Positions 52,595-60,300 of a DNA stretch of 64,000 nucleotides are shown here, piece after piece. Numbering within the stretch: position 1 is the first letter of the stretch; each line of letters begins with the position of its first letter. The stretch comes from Vulcanimicrobiota bacterium (lineage in GTDB: Bacteria; Vulcanimicrobiota; Vulcanimicrobiia; Vulcanimicrobiales; Vulcanimicrobiaceae), in assembly GCA_003164495.1 (NCBI GenBank), contig PLTN01000229.1, positions 17,763 to 81,762 of the forward strand, in the 5' to 3' direction. A program made the position numbers and the translations under genes. Below the pieces are notes generated by a model. That model had not been told where the DNA came from and did not search any database. It saw only the letters and a list, made by a program, of their open reading frames with translations.

Positions 52595-52609
52595 TTGGGC
52601 TACGCCCAA
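52595..52609. terminator. hairpin TTGGGC-tac-GCCCAA
   Basis: 6-bp stem with a 3-nt loop in the same convergent gap. Weak. Confidence 0.25.
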
Positions 52610-52619
52610 GCCGCCCGGT

Positions 52620-53300
52620 TTAGGGAACGAGCGCGCGCAGCCGGTCGGGGTCGGCGATGATGAGGTGCGCCGTGCGCATGTCGACGAGTTTCTCATCCCA
52701 GAAACGATTCAACGTCCGGTTGACCGTTTCGCGCGTGGTCGCGATCATGTTGGCCATCTCTTGATTGGTCAGCCGCAGCGAGATGCGCGTGCCGGTGTCG
52801 ACCGGCTCGCCGAACTGCGAGCTGAGATTCAGCAGCAGCGAGGCCAGGCGGGCGCGGATGTCCTGCGACGTCGTCGCCGCAATCAGCGCGTTGGCCACAC
52901 GCAGGCGTTCCGAGAGCGCGATCGCGAGCGAGCGTCCGATGCGGGGGTTCTCATCGAGCAGCACGAGAAAATCACTGTAGCGGATCGCCCCGACCTCAAC
53001 GTCGGTGAGCGTCTTGATCGATGCACTGCGCAGCGATGAGTCGAACATCGCCATCTCACCGAAGAAGTCGCCGTCCTTGAGGATCGCGAGGATCATCTCG
53101 CGACCGTCCGGCATGATCCGGCACACCGATACCGAGCCCGACACGAGGAAGAAGAACGTGCTGCCGGGATCGCCTTCGCGCACGATGAAGTCGTGCTTCG
53201 GGTAGGTGCGATCGCTCACGGTGGCCGCGATGCCCACGACTTCATCGTCGCCGAAGTCGCGAAACAGGGGAACCCGCCGGATTGCCGTGCCGTCGATCAC
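52620..53300 (-). CDS. Crp/Fnr family transcriptional regulator
   Basis: 226 aa, GTG start. cNMP-binding-like domain (VPLFRDFGDDEVVGIA...FIVREGDPGSTFFFLVSGSV...GDFFGEMAM). C-terminal HTH LTNQEMANMIATTRETVNRTLNRF. No FNR-type N-terminal Cys cluster. Confidence 0.85.
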   Translation of the reverse strand: MIDGTAIRRVPLFRDFGDDEVVGIAATVSDRTYPKHDFIVREGDPGSTFFFLVSGSVSVCRIMPDGREMILAILKDGDFFGEMAMFDSSLRSASIKTLTDVEVGAIRYSDFLVLLDENPRIGRSLAIALSERLRVANALIAATTSQDIRARLASLLLNLSSQFGEPVDTGTRISLRLTNQEMANMIATTRETVNRTLNRFWDEKLVDMRTAHLIIADPDRLRALVP

Positions 53301-53305
53301 CTGAC

Positions 53306-53809
53306 TCAGCCGCCGTAGAAGATCGTGTCGCCGAGGTCTTTCATTTCGAGGATCGCGTTGTCGGGCCGTCCCGCCGGCGGTTTCATCACGTGCGCTTCGA
53401 CGACTTCGGCGACGACGACGTGGTGGTCGCCGTCCTCGACGATCGAGGTCACTTTGAGTTCGACGGCGGCGATGGCCGAATCGAGAATCGGCACGCCGGT
53501 CGTGCCCTTATGGTAGGGCTGTCCGCTGAGCTTCATGCCCTCGACGACGGTCGGTTTGAAGAACGCGAAGGCCACGTCTTTCTGATCCTTGCCGAGCATG
53601 CACAAACCGAAGTGCGCGCCCTTTGCAAGTGCCTTGCGGCCGTGCGAATCGGCCTTTACACCGATCGCGACCAGCGGCGGCGCAAATGATGCCTGCGTCA
53701 CCCAGTTCACCGTTGCGGCCGACAGGTTGCCTTTGCCGTCGTCCGTCGTCATCACGTAGATACCGTAGGGGATCATTCGCAGAGCGGTCTTTTTTGCGTC
53801 AGCGTCCAT
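53306..53809 (-). CDS. flavin reductase domain protein (NAD(P)H-flavin oxidoreductase, split-barrel)
   Basis: 167 aa. LRMIPYGIYVMTTDDGKGNLSAATVNWVTQASFAPPLVAIGV, and DHHVVVAEVVEAHV. Confidence 0.8.
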   Translation of the reverse strand: MDADAKKTALRMIPYGIYVMTTDDGKGNLSAATVNWVTQASFAPPLVAIGVKADSHGRKALAKGAHFGLCMLGKDQKDVAFAFFKPTVVEGMKLSGQPYHKGTTGVPILDSAIAAVELKVTSIVEDGDHHVVVAEVVEAHVMKPPAGRPDNAILEMKDLGDTIFYGG

Positions 53810-53844
53810 CGCCGAAAAATGCGCCGGAAGCGGCGCTTACCCTG

Positions 53845-54813
53845 CTACGGCGACCCGTAGAGCGCCGCCGCGTTGTCCCAGGAAATGCGGGCCGCAACGT
53901 CCGGCGGTAATTGCCCGGCGATGCGGCGGTATTTGCGTATCACGATGGCGTAGCCCGACCAGTCGACGCCCCCGGTCGTGTAGAAGTCGGACCCGTACAT
54001 CAGCCGGTCACTGTGCGCGATCAGGACGGCGCGCCAGTCCGGCCGTAACACGCCGCACCCATCGAACATCGACGGCCCCAATTTCGCCGCCTTGGCCGGA
54101 TCGACGAACTCGTAGCGGCCGTCGACCAGGCGCGAGATGATCCCCCATAGGTTGCGGTGCGCGGAGAGCATCGCGTCGGCTTTGTCGGGGGAGCCGTAGG
54201 CCAAACTCGGCAGGACGAAGCGCTGCTGCGGCCACGCGGCGTAGAGCTTGTCGAAGTTGGCGCGATCGCGGTCCCACGCCCATGCTTCGAAGTGGGTCAG
54301 CACCGGTACGTTGGAACTTGCGAGCTGCGTCAGCAGCGCCTTCGTTCCGGCACCCAGCGGGTTGACGAAGATCTGGCCGCCCCGGGTCGGTTTGTGATCG
54401 GGTTTGTCGCCGTGCGTGTAGAGGATCTCGCCGACGAATTTGTACGTACCGTTGCGTACCCCGTTGACCGTGTCTGCGATGTAGTCGTGCGGAAGATCGC
54501 CTTCGGTGATGAAGCCGATCTTCGGCGCGCCGAGTACGATCGCGTCGGGATGCGCTTGCGCGAGGGCGGCGACCGCTTGAGCGGTCGGTGTTCCGGCGCC
54601 TTCCCGGCTGTTGGCGAAGAAGGCGATGCGTTTGACCCCGGCGGCTTGCAGCGCATCAATCACGCTGCCGACGTTCGGATTCCACGACTGCACGTTTGCG
54701 TCGAAGATCGGGCCGTCGTAGGGTGGCGGCAGCGGCGGACAGTCGGCGGCGCGCGTGGTGCCGCCCGCGAACACAATCAAAATCGTCGCGCACGCGACGG
54801 CGATGCGGAACAT
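53845..54813 (-). CDS. secreted amidohydrolase-2-like TIM-barrel protein lacking the N-terminal HxH motif
   Basis: ORF 53845..54864; ATG at 54813 gives signal MFRIAVACATILIVFAGGTTRAAD. C-terminal LMYGSDFY...ISWDNAAALYG is amidohydrolase_2-like. The position of the usual D-x-H-x-H reads IFDANVQSW. Confidence 0.45.
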   Translation of the reverse strand: MFRIAVACATILIVFAGGTTRAADCPPLPPPYDGPIFDANVQSWNPNVGSVIDALQAAGVKRIAFFANSREGAGTPTAQAVAALAQAHPDAIVLGAPKIGFITEGDLPHDYIADTVNGVRNGTYKFVGEILYTHGDKPDHKPTRGGQIFVNPLGAGTKALLTQLASSNVPVLTHFEAWAWDRDRANFDKLYAAWPQQRFVLPSLAYGSPDKADAMLSAHRNLWGIISRLVDGRYEFVDPAKAAKLGPSMFDGCGVLRPDWRAVLIAHSDRLMYGSDFYTTGGVDWSGYAIVIRKYRRIAGQLPPDVAARISWDNAAALYGSP

Positions 54814-54890
54814 CCTCGTCCGGCATACGACACACCGGTCGCGTTCCCTCGGGACTAGGAGCACGTCGGCCGGCGCGAAATGGGAAGCGC

Positions 54891-56078
54891 ATGAAGGTAT
54901 CGCTTGCAGCGTTCATCCTCGCACTCGCGCTCGCGGGTTCGACCGTTCCGGGACGGGCGCAGAGCGCAACGTACACGATCCCGGTCATCCTCTCGCAGAC
55001 CGGCGCGGCGGCATCTCCCGGACAAGATGAGATGGCCGCGATCCAGGCGTACGAAAAGCTCGCCAACCGCACGGGCGGCATTCACGGCATGCAGGTCCAC
55101 TTCCAGATCTACGACGATGCCTCGAGCCCGCAAACCGCGGTGCAGCTCACGAACACGATTCTCGCGCAGAAGCCCGCCGTGATGCTGGGTTCGACGCTGG
55201 CTCCGGCAACCGCCGCGATGATGCCGTTCTTCAAAGACGGCCCCGTGCTCTACGCGCTGACGCCGCTGATCTTTCCCGAAAAGGGCAGCTACGTTTTTGC
55301 GACGCTGCCGCTGGTCGTGCACGTCGAGTCGGTCATGTTTCATTACATGCGCGCTCGCGGTTGGACGAAGGTCGCGATCTTGCGCACCAACGACGCCTCG
55401 GGCCAAGACAACGCGAAGGCGATCGACGCGGCGCTGGCCGAGCCCGACAACCACGCGATCACCCTGACGACGCAGCAGCTCTTCAACGTGCAGGACATCA
55501 ACATCGCAGCGCAAGTCAGCGCGATCAAGTATAGCGGGGCGCAGGCGCTCTTCGTTTCGGCGACCGGGGCGCCGTTCGGCACCGTGCTGCGCAGCCTCTC
55601 CGACGCCGGCGTGGACCTCCCGCTCTTTACCGGCGCCACCAACATCGCGCCCGACTTCATCGCGCGCTTCAAACAGTACGTGCCGAAGTCGGGGCTCTGG
55701 ATTGTGTTCCCCAGTTATGCCAAGCGCGACCGTGCGCCCAAGGACCCGCTGCGCGCGACGATCGACGAGTTCTATAGCTCGCTCGAAGCGGCCGGGCTCC
55801 ATCCGGGCGCGGCGCACGCGTTCGGCTGGGACGAGGCGAAGATCGTCGTCGCGGCGCTGCGCGCGCTCCCGCCGAACGCGTCGGCGCAACAGATTCGCGA
55901 TTGGATCGAGGCGCTGCACGACTTTCCGGGGGCGCTCGGGATGTACAATTTCCGGCTCGGCGACCAGCACGGGCTCGACAACAAGTCGCTCTACGTCGTT
56001 CGCTACGACGCGAACGCGACGGGCGGCGACACCCAGGTCGTGAGCGACGCGGGCGGAACCCCGCTCGCGCACCCGTAA
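54891..56078 (+). CDS. periplasmic solute-binding protein, LivJ-like
   Basis: ORF 54696..56078; ATG at 54891. Signal MKVSLAAFILALALAGSTVPGRAQS. Pattern VHFQIYDDASSPQTAVQLTNTILAQKPAVMLG. Collinear similarity to 24472..25656 (for example LHDFPGALGMYNFRLGDQHGL versus LHDFPGVSGMYDFRIGDQHGL). Confidence 0.75.
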   Translation: MKVSLAAFILALALAGSTVPGRAQSATYTIPVILSQTGAAASPGQDEMAAIQAYEKLANRTGGIHGMQVHFQIYDDASSPQTAVQLTNTILAQKPAVMLGSTLAPATAAMMPFFKDGPVLYALTPLIFPEKGSYVFATLPLVVHVESVMFHYMRARGWTKVAILRTNDASGQDNAKAIDAALAEPDNHAITLTTQQLFNVQDINIAAQVSAIKYSGAQALFVSATGAPFGTVLRSLSDAGVDLPLFTGATNIAPDFIARFKQYVPKSGLWIVFPSYAKRDRAPKDPLRATIDEFYSSLEAAGLHPGAAHAFGWDEAKIVVAALRALPPNASAQQIRDWIEALHDFPGALGMYNFRLGDQHGLDNKSLYVVRYDANATGGDTQVVSDAGGTPLAHP

Positions 56079-56088
56079 GGAGCACTTC

Positions 56089-56820
56089 ATGGACGTCATT
56101 GCACGCCTCGACGCGGTAGTCGACGATTTCGCCCGCCGCTGCCGGTTCTTCAACACCCCGACCACGCTCGAGCGCGCGCAGATGTTCGTGCGCCAGCATC
56201 GCCTCAACACGCGCCAGCGCAACAGCGTGCACAAGCTCGCGGTCGCGACGAACTGTCCGCACTGGGAAATCCGCATGCGGATCATCGGCGCGTCGGCGCA
56301 GGAGCTCATCGCCGACAACGAATTCGGCGCGGGCAAGGCGCACTGGGAGATCATCGAAGATCTCGGCGTCGCGCTCGGGATGGACCGCGACGAGATTCGC
56401 GCCGCGACGCCGCTGCCGAGCACGCAGCTCTGCTGGCTCGCGTGGGAAACGCTGACCAAGAACCGCCACTGGCTCGAAGGCTTGATGGCGAACACGTGCG
56501 CCGAACGCGTCAACGTGCCGGGCTACGGCAACGGACGCCAGCGCGAGGTGGGCTGGTCGGGCGGTCAGCGCGACGAGTGGCGCAAGCTCTTCGATTTGAA
56601 CGACGCCCAGCTCGCGTTTTGGAGCGTGCACAGTGAGGCCGACATCGATCACTCGAACCTCGGTTGGCAAACGGTCGCAACGTACGCCGAAGAGCTGAAC
56701 ATGGTCGACGCGATCGTCGAAGCCTGCCGCATCAACTTGATCGTCTGGGAAAATTACTTCAACGGAATTCACGACGCGGCCGAAGCGCTCGCAGCGAAGA
56801 AGACGTTCGCCACGGTGTAG
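56089..56820 (+). CDS. PqqC/TenA-like (heme-oxygenase-like fold) iron-containing redox enzyme family protein
   Basis: 243 aa. VATNCPHWEIRMRIIGASAQELIADNEFG..HWEIIEDLG, NTCAERV, and VHSEADIDHSNLG (HxxxDxxH-like). Layout parallels PqqC as I recall it. Confidence 0.55.
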   Translation: MDVIARLDAVVDDFARRCRFFNTPTTLERAQMFVRQHRLNTRQRNSVHKLAVATNCPHWEIRMRIIGASAQELIADNEFGAGKAHWEIIEDLGVALGMDRDEIRAATPLPSTQLCWLAWETLTKNRHWLEGLMANTCAERVNVPGYGNGRQREVGWSGGQRDEWRKLFDLNDAQLAFWSVHSEADIDHSNLGWQTVATYAEELNMVDAIVEACRINLIVWENYFNGIHDAAEALAAKKTFATV

Positions 56821-56849
56821 TGAACCTCTCTCCCGGAGGGCTACCGATC

Positions 56850-58955
56850 ATGCTTGCTCGCACGGATTTTCTCCGCATCGTCGCGGTTGCCGGGGCCGGC
56901 TGGACCCTCGGGCTCGAGGCGCCGCGCGCGGCCGGTGCTGCCACGGCCGGCTGGTCGCCGGTTGCATGGCTGCGCATGGAGAGCGACGGCTCGGCTACGG
57001 TCATGGTCAACAAGGCCGAGATGGGCCAAGGCGTCACCACCTCGCTGCCGATGCTGGTGGCCGAGGAGCTGGAACTCCCGCTCGATCGCATGCGCTTCGT
57101 CCTCGCGCCGGCCGAAACGCGCTACAACCCGCCCGGACGCGACGCGATGTCGACCGGTGGAAGTCAAAGCATCAAGCAGATGGCACCGGTGATGCGCCAA
57201 GCCGGCGCGACCGCGAAAGCGATGCTGATCAGTGCCGCCGCGAATCGATGGTCGATCGATCCCAAGACGTGCCGCGCTCGTGCCGGCGTCGTGCTCGGAC
57301 CATCCGGACAGCACGCCGATTACCGCGATCTCATCGGTGCCGCTTCCGCGCTGCCGATTCCAACCGATGTGGCGCTCAAGACGCCCGATCAGTTCACGTT
57401 GATCGGCACGCGTCCGCGCCGGCTCGACGTGAAGCCGAAGACCAACGGCAGCGCGGTCTTTGGACTCGACTTCCGCGTGCCGGGCATGAAGTTCGCTTCG
57501 ATCGAGAAGGCGCCAGAAATCGGCGGCACGGTCACGTCGTTCGATAAAGCCGCGGCGCTGCGCGTTCCCGGCGTGCGCGCGGTGTTCGCGGTGTCGTCGG
57601 GCATCGCGGTCGTCGCCGACAACACGTGGGCGGCGTTTGCGGGCCGGCGCGTGCTCAACGCGACGTTCGGACACGGCCCGAACGCGAATGCATCGACGCC
57701 TGCGATGCTCGCGACGATGCACGACCTCGTCAAGACGCCGGGCGGCGTCGTCAAGAGCACGGGCGATGCGCGCGCAGCGCTGGGCAACGGCACAGTCGTG
57801 CGCGCAACGTACGACGTCCCGTATCTCGCACATGCGCCGATGGAGCCGATGAACGCGACGGCCGACGTGCGCGCCGACCGGGTGACGGTGTGGGCGCCGA
57901 CGCAGGTGCCGACGGCATCGCGCGCGATCGCCGCGCAGATCGCCGGAGTACCGGTCGACGCCGTGACGGTGAACTCGACGCTCCTCGGCGGCGGCTTCGG
58001 CCGGCGGCTAGCCGTGGACTACGTTGCCGACGCGGTCGAGGTGGCCAAAGGTGCGGGCGTTCCGGTACAGACGGTTTGGACGCGCGAGGACGACATCCGC
58101 CACGATCCCTACCGGCCGGGGTCCGTCAATGCGCTGGCGGGTACGCTGAACGCGGATGGAACGATCGCGGCGTACGTGCACACGGTCGCGCTCTCCTCGA
58201 TCGCAGCGCGCGGCGATGCGGCGAATCTCGATCACGGCGTCGATCCGGGCGTGCTGCGCGGTACCGGTGACTTCGCGTACACGATACCGAACCTGCTGGT
58301 CGACTTTCACCACCTCGACATCAAGATTCCGGTCGGCCCGTGGCGCGCTCCGTATGCGAACGGAAACTTCTTCCCGACCGAGTCGTTCATCGACGAGCTC
58401 GCGCACGCCGCCGGCAAGGATCCGGTCGCGTTTCGCTTGGCGATGCTGCCCGCAGGATCGCGCGCACGCAACGTGCTGGAGCTCGCCGCGAAACGTGCCG
58501 ATTGGGGCGGTACCGTGCCGCCGGGCCGCGCGCGCGGCGTAGCGCTCGTGGTCTGGGACGGCACATGGATGGCGCTGGTCGCCGAAGTGTCGGCGCCGAA
58601 CGGCGGTCTGCAGACACATCGCATGTGGGTTGCGGTCGACTGCGGGATGCCCGTCAACCGCGACGGCATCGAAACGCAGGTGACGAGCGCTCTTTTGGAC
58701 GGCCTCTCGGCCGCACTGTCGGGCAAGATCACGTTTACCAACGGTGCGGCCGATCAGAGCAACTTCGACAAGTACAAGATCTTGCGCATGCGCGACGCAC
58801 CGGCGTTCGACGTGACGATCGTTTCGAGTATGGCCGCACCATCGGGGTGCGGCGAAATCGGCACGCCGCCGGTCGCTCCGGCGGTGGCGAACGCATACTT
58901 CGCGCTGACCGGCAAACGCGTGCGCAGCTTGCCGCTGCTGGAAAACCTGGCTTGA
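56850..58955 (+). CDS. xanthine-dehydrogenase-family molybdopterin-binding subunit (IorB / membrane aldehyde dehydrogenase large-subunit-like)
   Basis: ORF 56664..58955; ATG at 56850 with GGAGGG 10 nt upstream. 701 aa. Motifs VNKAEMGQGVTTSLPMLVAEEL, YDVPYLAHAPMEPMNATA, LLGGGFGRR and C-terminal GCGEIGTPPVAPAVANA. N-terminus MLARTDFLRIVAVAGAG resembles a Tat signal but has a single Arg. Confidence 0.8.
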   Translation: MLARTDFLRIVAVAGAGWTLGLEAPRAAGAATAGWSPVAWLRMESDGSATVMVNKAEMGQGVTTSLPMLVAEELELPLDRMRFVLAPAETRYNPPGRDAMSTGGSQSIKQMAPVMRQAGATAKAMLISAAANRWSIDPKTCRARAGVVLGPSGQHADYRDLIGAASALPIPTDVALKTPDQFTLIGTRPRRLDVKPKTNGSAVFGLDFRVPGMKFASIEKAPEIGGTVTSFDKAAALRVPGVRAVFAVSSGIAVVADNTWAAFAGRRVLNATFGHGPNANASTPAMLATMHDLVKTPGGVVKSTGDARAALGNGTVVRATYDVPYLAHAPMEPMNATADVRADRVTVWAPTQVPTASRAIAAQIAGVPVDAVTVNSTLLGGGFGRRLAVDYVADAVEVAKGAGVPVQTVWTREDDIRHDPYRPGSVNALAGTLNADGTIAAYVHTVALSSIAARGDAANLDHGVDPGVLRGTGDFAYTIPNLLVDFHHLDIKIPVGPWRAPYANGNFFPTESFIDELAHAAGKDPVAFRLAMLPAGSRARNVLELAAKRADWGGTVPPGRARGVALVVWDGTWMALVAEVSAPNGGLQTHRMWVAVDCGMPVNRDGIETQVTSALLDGLSAALSGKITFTNGAADQSNFDKYKILRMRDAPAFDVTIVSSMAAPSGCGEIGTPPVAPAVANAYFALTGKRVRSLPLLENLA

Positions 58956-59911
58956 TGCGGGCCGGCATCCCGCGCGGTGCGTTTCTCGCACTGGGTTCGG
59001 CCGCGTTGCTCGCGCGGCCGGCCGCGGCGCAAACGCCGCCGCTGCGCCATCTCACCGTTGCGTCGGCCCAAGACGCCGACGCCGCGGCGTGTCTCTTCGC
59101 GCAAGAGCAAGGCATGTTTCGCAAGGTCGGCCTCGACGTCACGCTGATCCCCAACGGAAGCGGCTCCGCCGTGGCATCGGCGGTGCTCGGCGGCGCGGTT
59201 GACATCGGCAAGTCGAGCCTCACTGCCCTGATCACGGCGGTTTCGAAGGGCATCCCGATCGTGCTGGTCGCGCCGTCGGCGCTCTACAACGTCGCCTCCC
59301 CCGTCACCGGAACGATCGTGCGCGCCGACTCACCGCTGCGGAGCGCGCGCGACCTCAACGGGAAGACGGTCTCGGTACAGAGCGTGCGGGGTTCGTTGCA
59401 GCTCGCCACGATGGCTTGGGTCGACGCGAACGGCGGCGATTCCAGCACGGTCAAGTTTCTGGAGCTGCCGCCGCCCGAAGGGCTCATCGCGCTCGCCTCG
59501 GGCCGCGTCGACGCGGTGACGCTGGCGAACCCGTATCTCACCCAGGCCGTCTCGGAGAAGAAGGCGCGCGTGCTGGGCTGGTCGTCGGAGGCGATCGCGA
59601 AGCGCTTTCTGTTGACCGCTTATTTCACGACGCGCGACTTCGCGCAGAAGAACCCGGACGTGGTGGCGCACTTCGCGCAAGCGATGGCGCAATCCGGAAT
59701 CTACCTGAACACGCATCACGCCGAAAGCGTCGCGCTCGTTGCGCGTTTCACCGGCGCGCTGCCGGAAGTGGTCGCGAGCCTGCCCGGCGAGACCTTCGCC
59801 GCGACGCTCGATCCGAAAGACGTTCAGCCCTACATCGATGCGTCGGTAAAGTACAAGTTCATCCCCGAACGGATCGAGGCATCGTCGTTTATCGCCGGGT
59901 CGCCGCGCTAG
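58955..59911 (+). CDS. periplasmic solute-binding protein, NMT1/SsuA-like paralog
   Basis: ORF 58340..59911; ATG at 58955 shares one nt with the molybdoenzyme stop (TGATG). Signal MRAGIPRGAFLALGSAALLARPAAAQ. Motifs GGDSSTVKFLELPPPEGLIALASGRVDAVTLANP and VQPYIDASVKYKFI. Confidence 0.8.
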   Translation: MRAGIPRGAFLALGSAALLARPAAAQTPPLRHLTVASAQDADAAACLFAQEQGMFRKVGLDVTLIPNGSGSAVASAVLGGAVDIGKSSLTALITAVSKGIPIVLVAPSALYNVASPVTGTIVRADSPLRSARDLNGKTVSVQSVRGSLQLATMAWVDANGGDSSTVKFLELPPPEGLIALASGRVDAVTLANPYLTQAVSEKKARVLGWSSEAIAKRFLLTAYFTTRDFAQKNPDVVAHFAQAMAQSGIYLNTHHAESVALVARFTGALPEVVASLPGETFAATLDPKDVQPYIDASVKYKFIPERIEASSFIAGSPR

Positions 59912-60296
59912 CGCGTTCGTCACCGGTTTCGACGGTGTCGAAGCCGTGCTGGGAAAGATCGAACCAGTTGCCTTCGGGATCGACCGCGCGATATTCCGCG
60001 AACGGCCGGTCGCCGGGACGTTCCTTCGGCGATTCCACGCCGTGTGCGACCATCTTCGCCGATACCGCGTCCGTGCTCTCGACGGAGAAGCCGAAGTGGT
60101 TGAGCCCGGTTGCCGCCGAGCCGGCCAAGCGATGCGGCAAGATGGCAAGCGTGAAGTACCCGTCGGTCACGTAGCGCGCGGTCGTGCCTTCCGATCCCGG
60201 CACGATCGCCATGTCGAGCGTATCGATGTAGAACTGCGCGAGTTTTTCCGGGTCGCGTGCGAAGAGCGCGAGATGGCGAAGCTTGGCTTTTCCCAT
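59889..60296 (-). CDS. VOC family protein (glyoxalase/bleomycin-resistance/extradiol dioxygenase fold)
   Basis: ORF 59889..60467; ATG at 60296, 4 nt after the hydantoinase B stop. 135 aa. LRHLALFARDPEKLAQFYIDTLDM...LNHFGFSVES...FAEYRAVDPEGNWFDL. Confidence 0.75.
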   Translation of the reverse strand: MGKAKLRHLALFARDPEKLAQFYIDTLDMAIVPGSEGTTARYVTDGYFTLAILPHRLAGSAATGLNHFGFSVESTDAVSAKMVAHGVESPKERPGDRPFAEYRAVDPEGNWFDLSQHGFDTVETGDERASAATRR

Positions 60297-60300
60297 GACG

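Noticed and set aside
47839-56820. Possible PQQ biosynthesis locus, because two proteins resemble PqqC
   Set aside because: No pqqA-like peptide gene, PqqB (MBL), PqqD or radical-SAM PqqE is adjacent to either copy. The neighbours are unrelated enzymes. The proteins are therefore better described as PqqC/TenA/HO-like superfamily members of unknown function.
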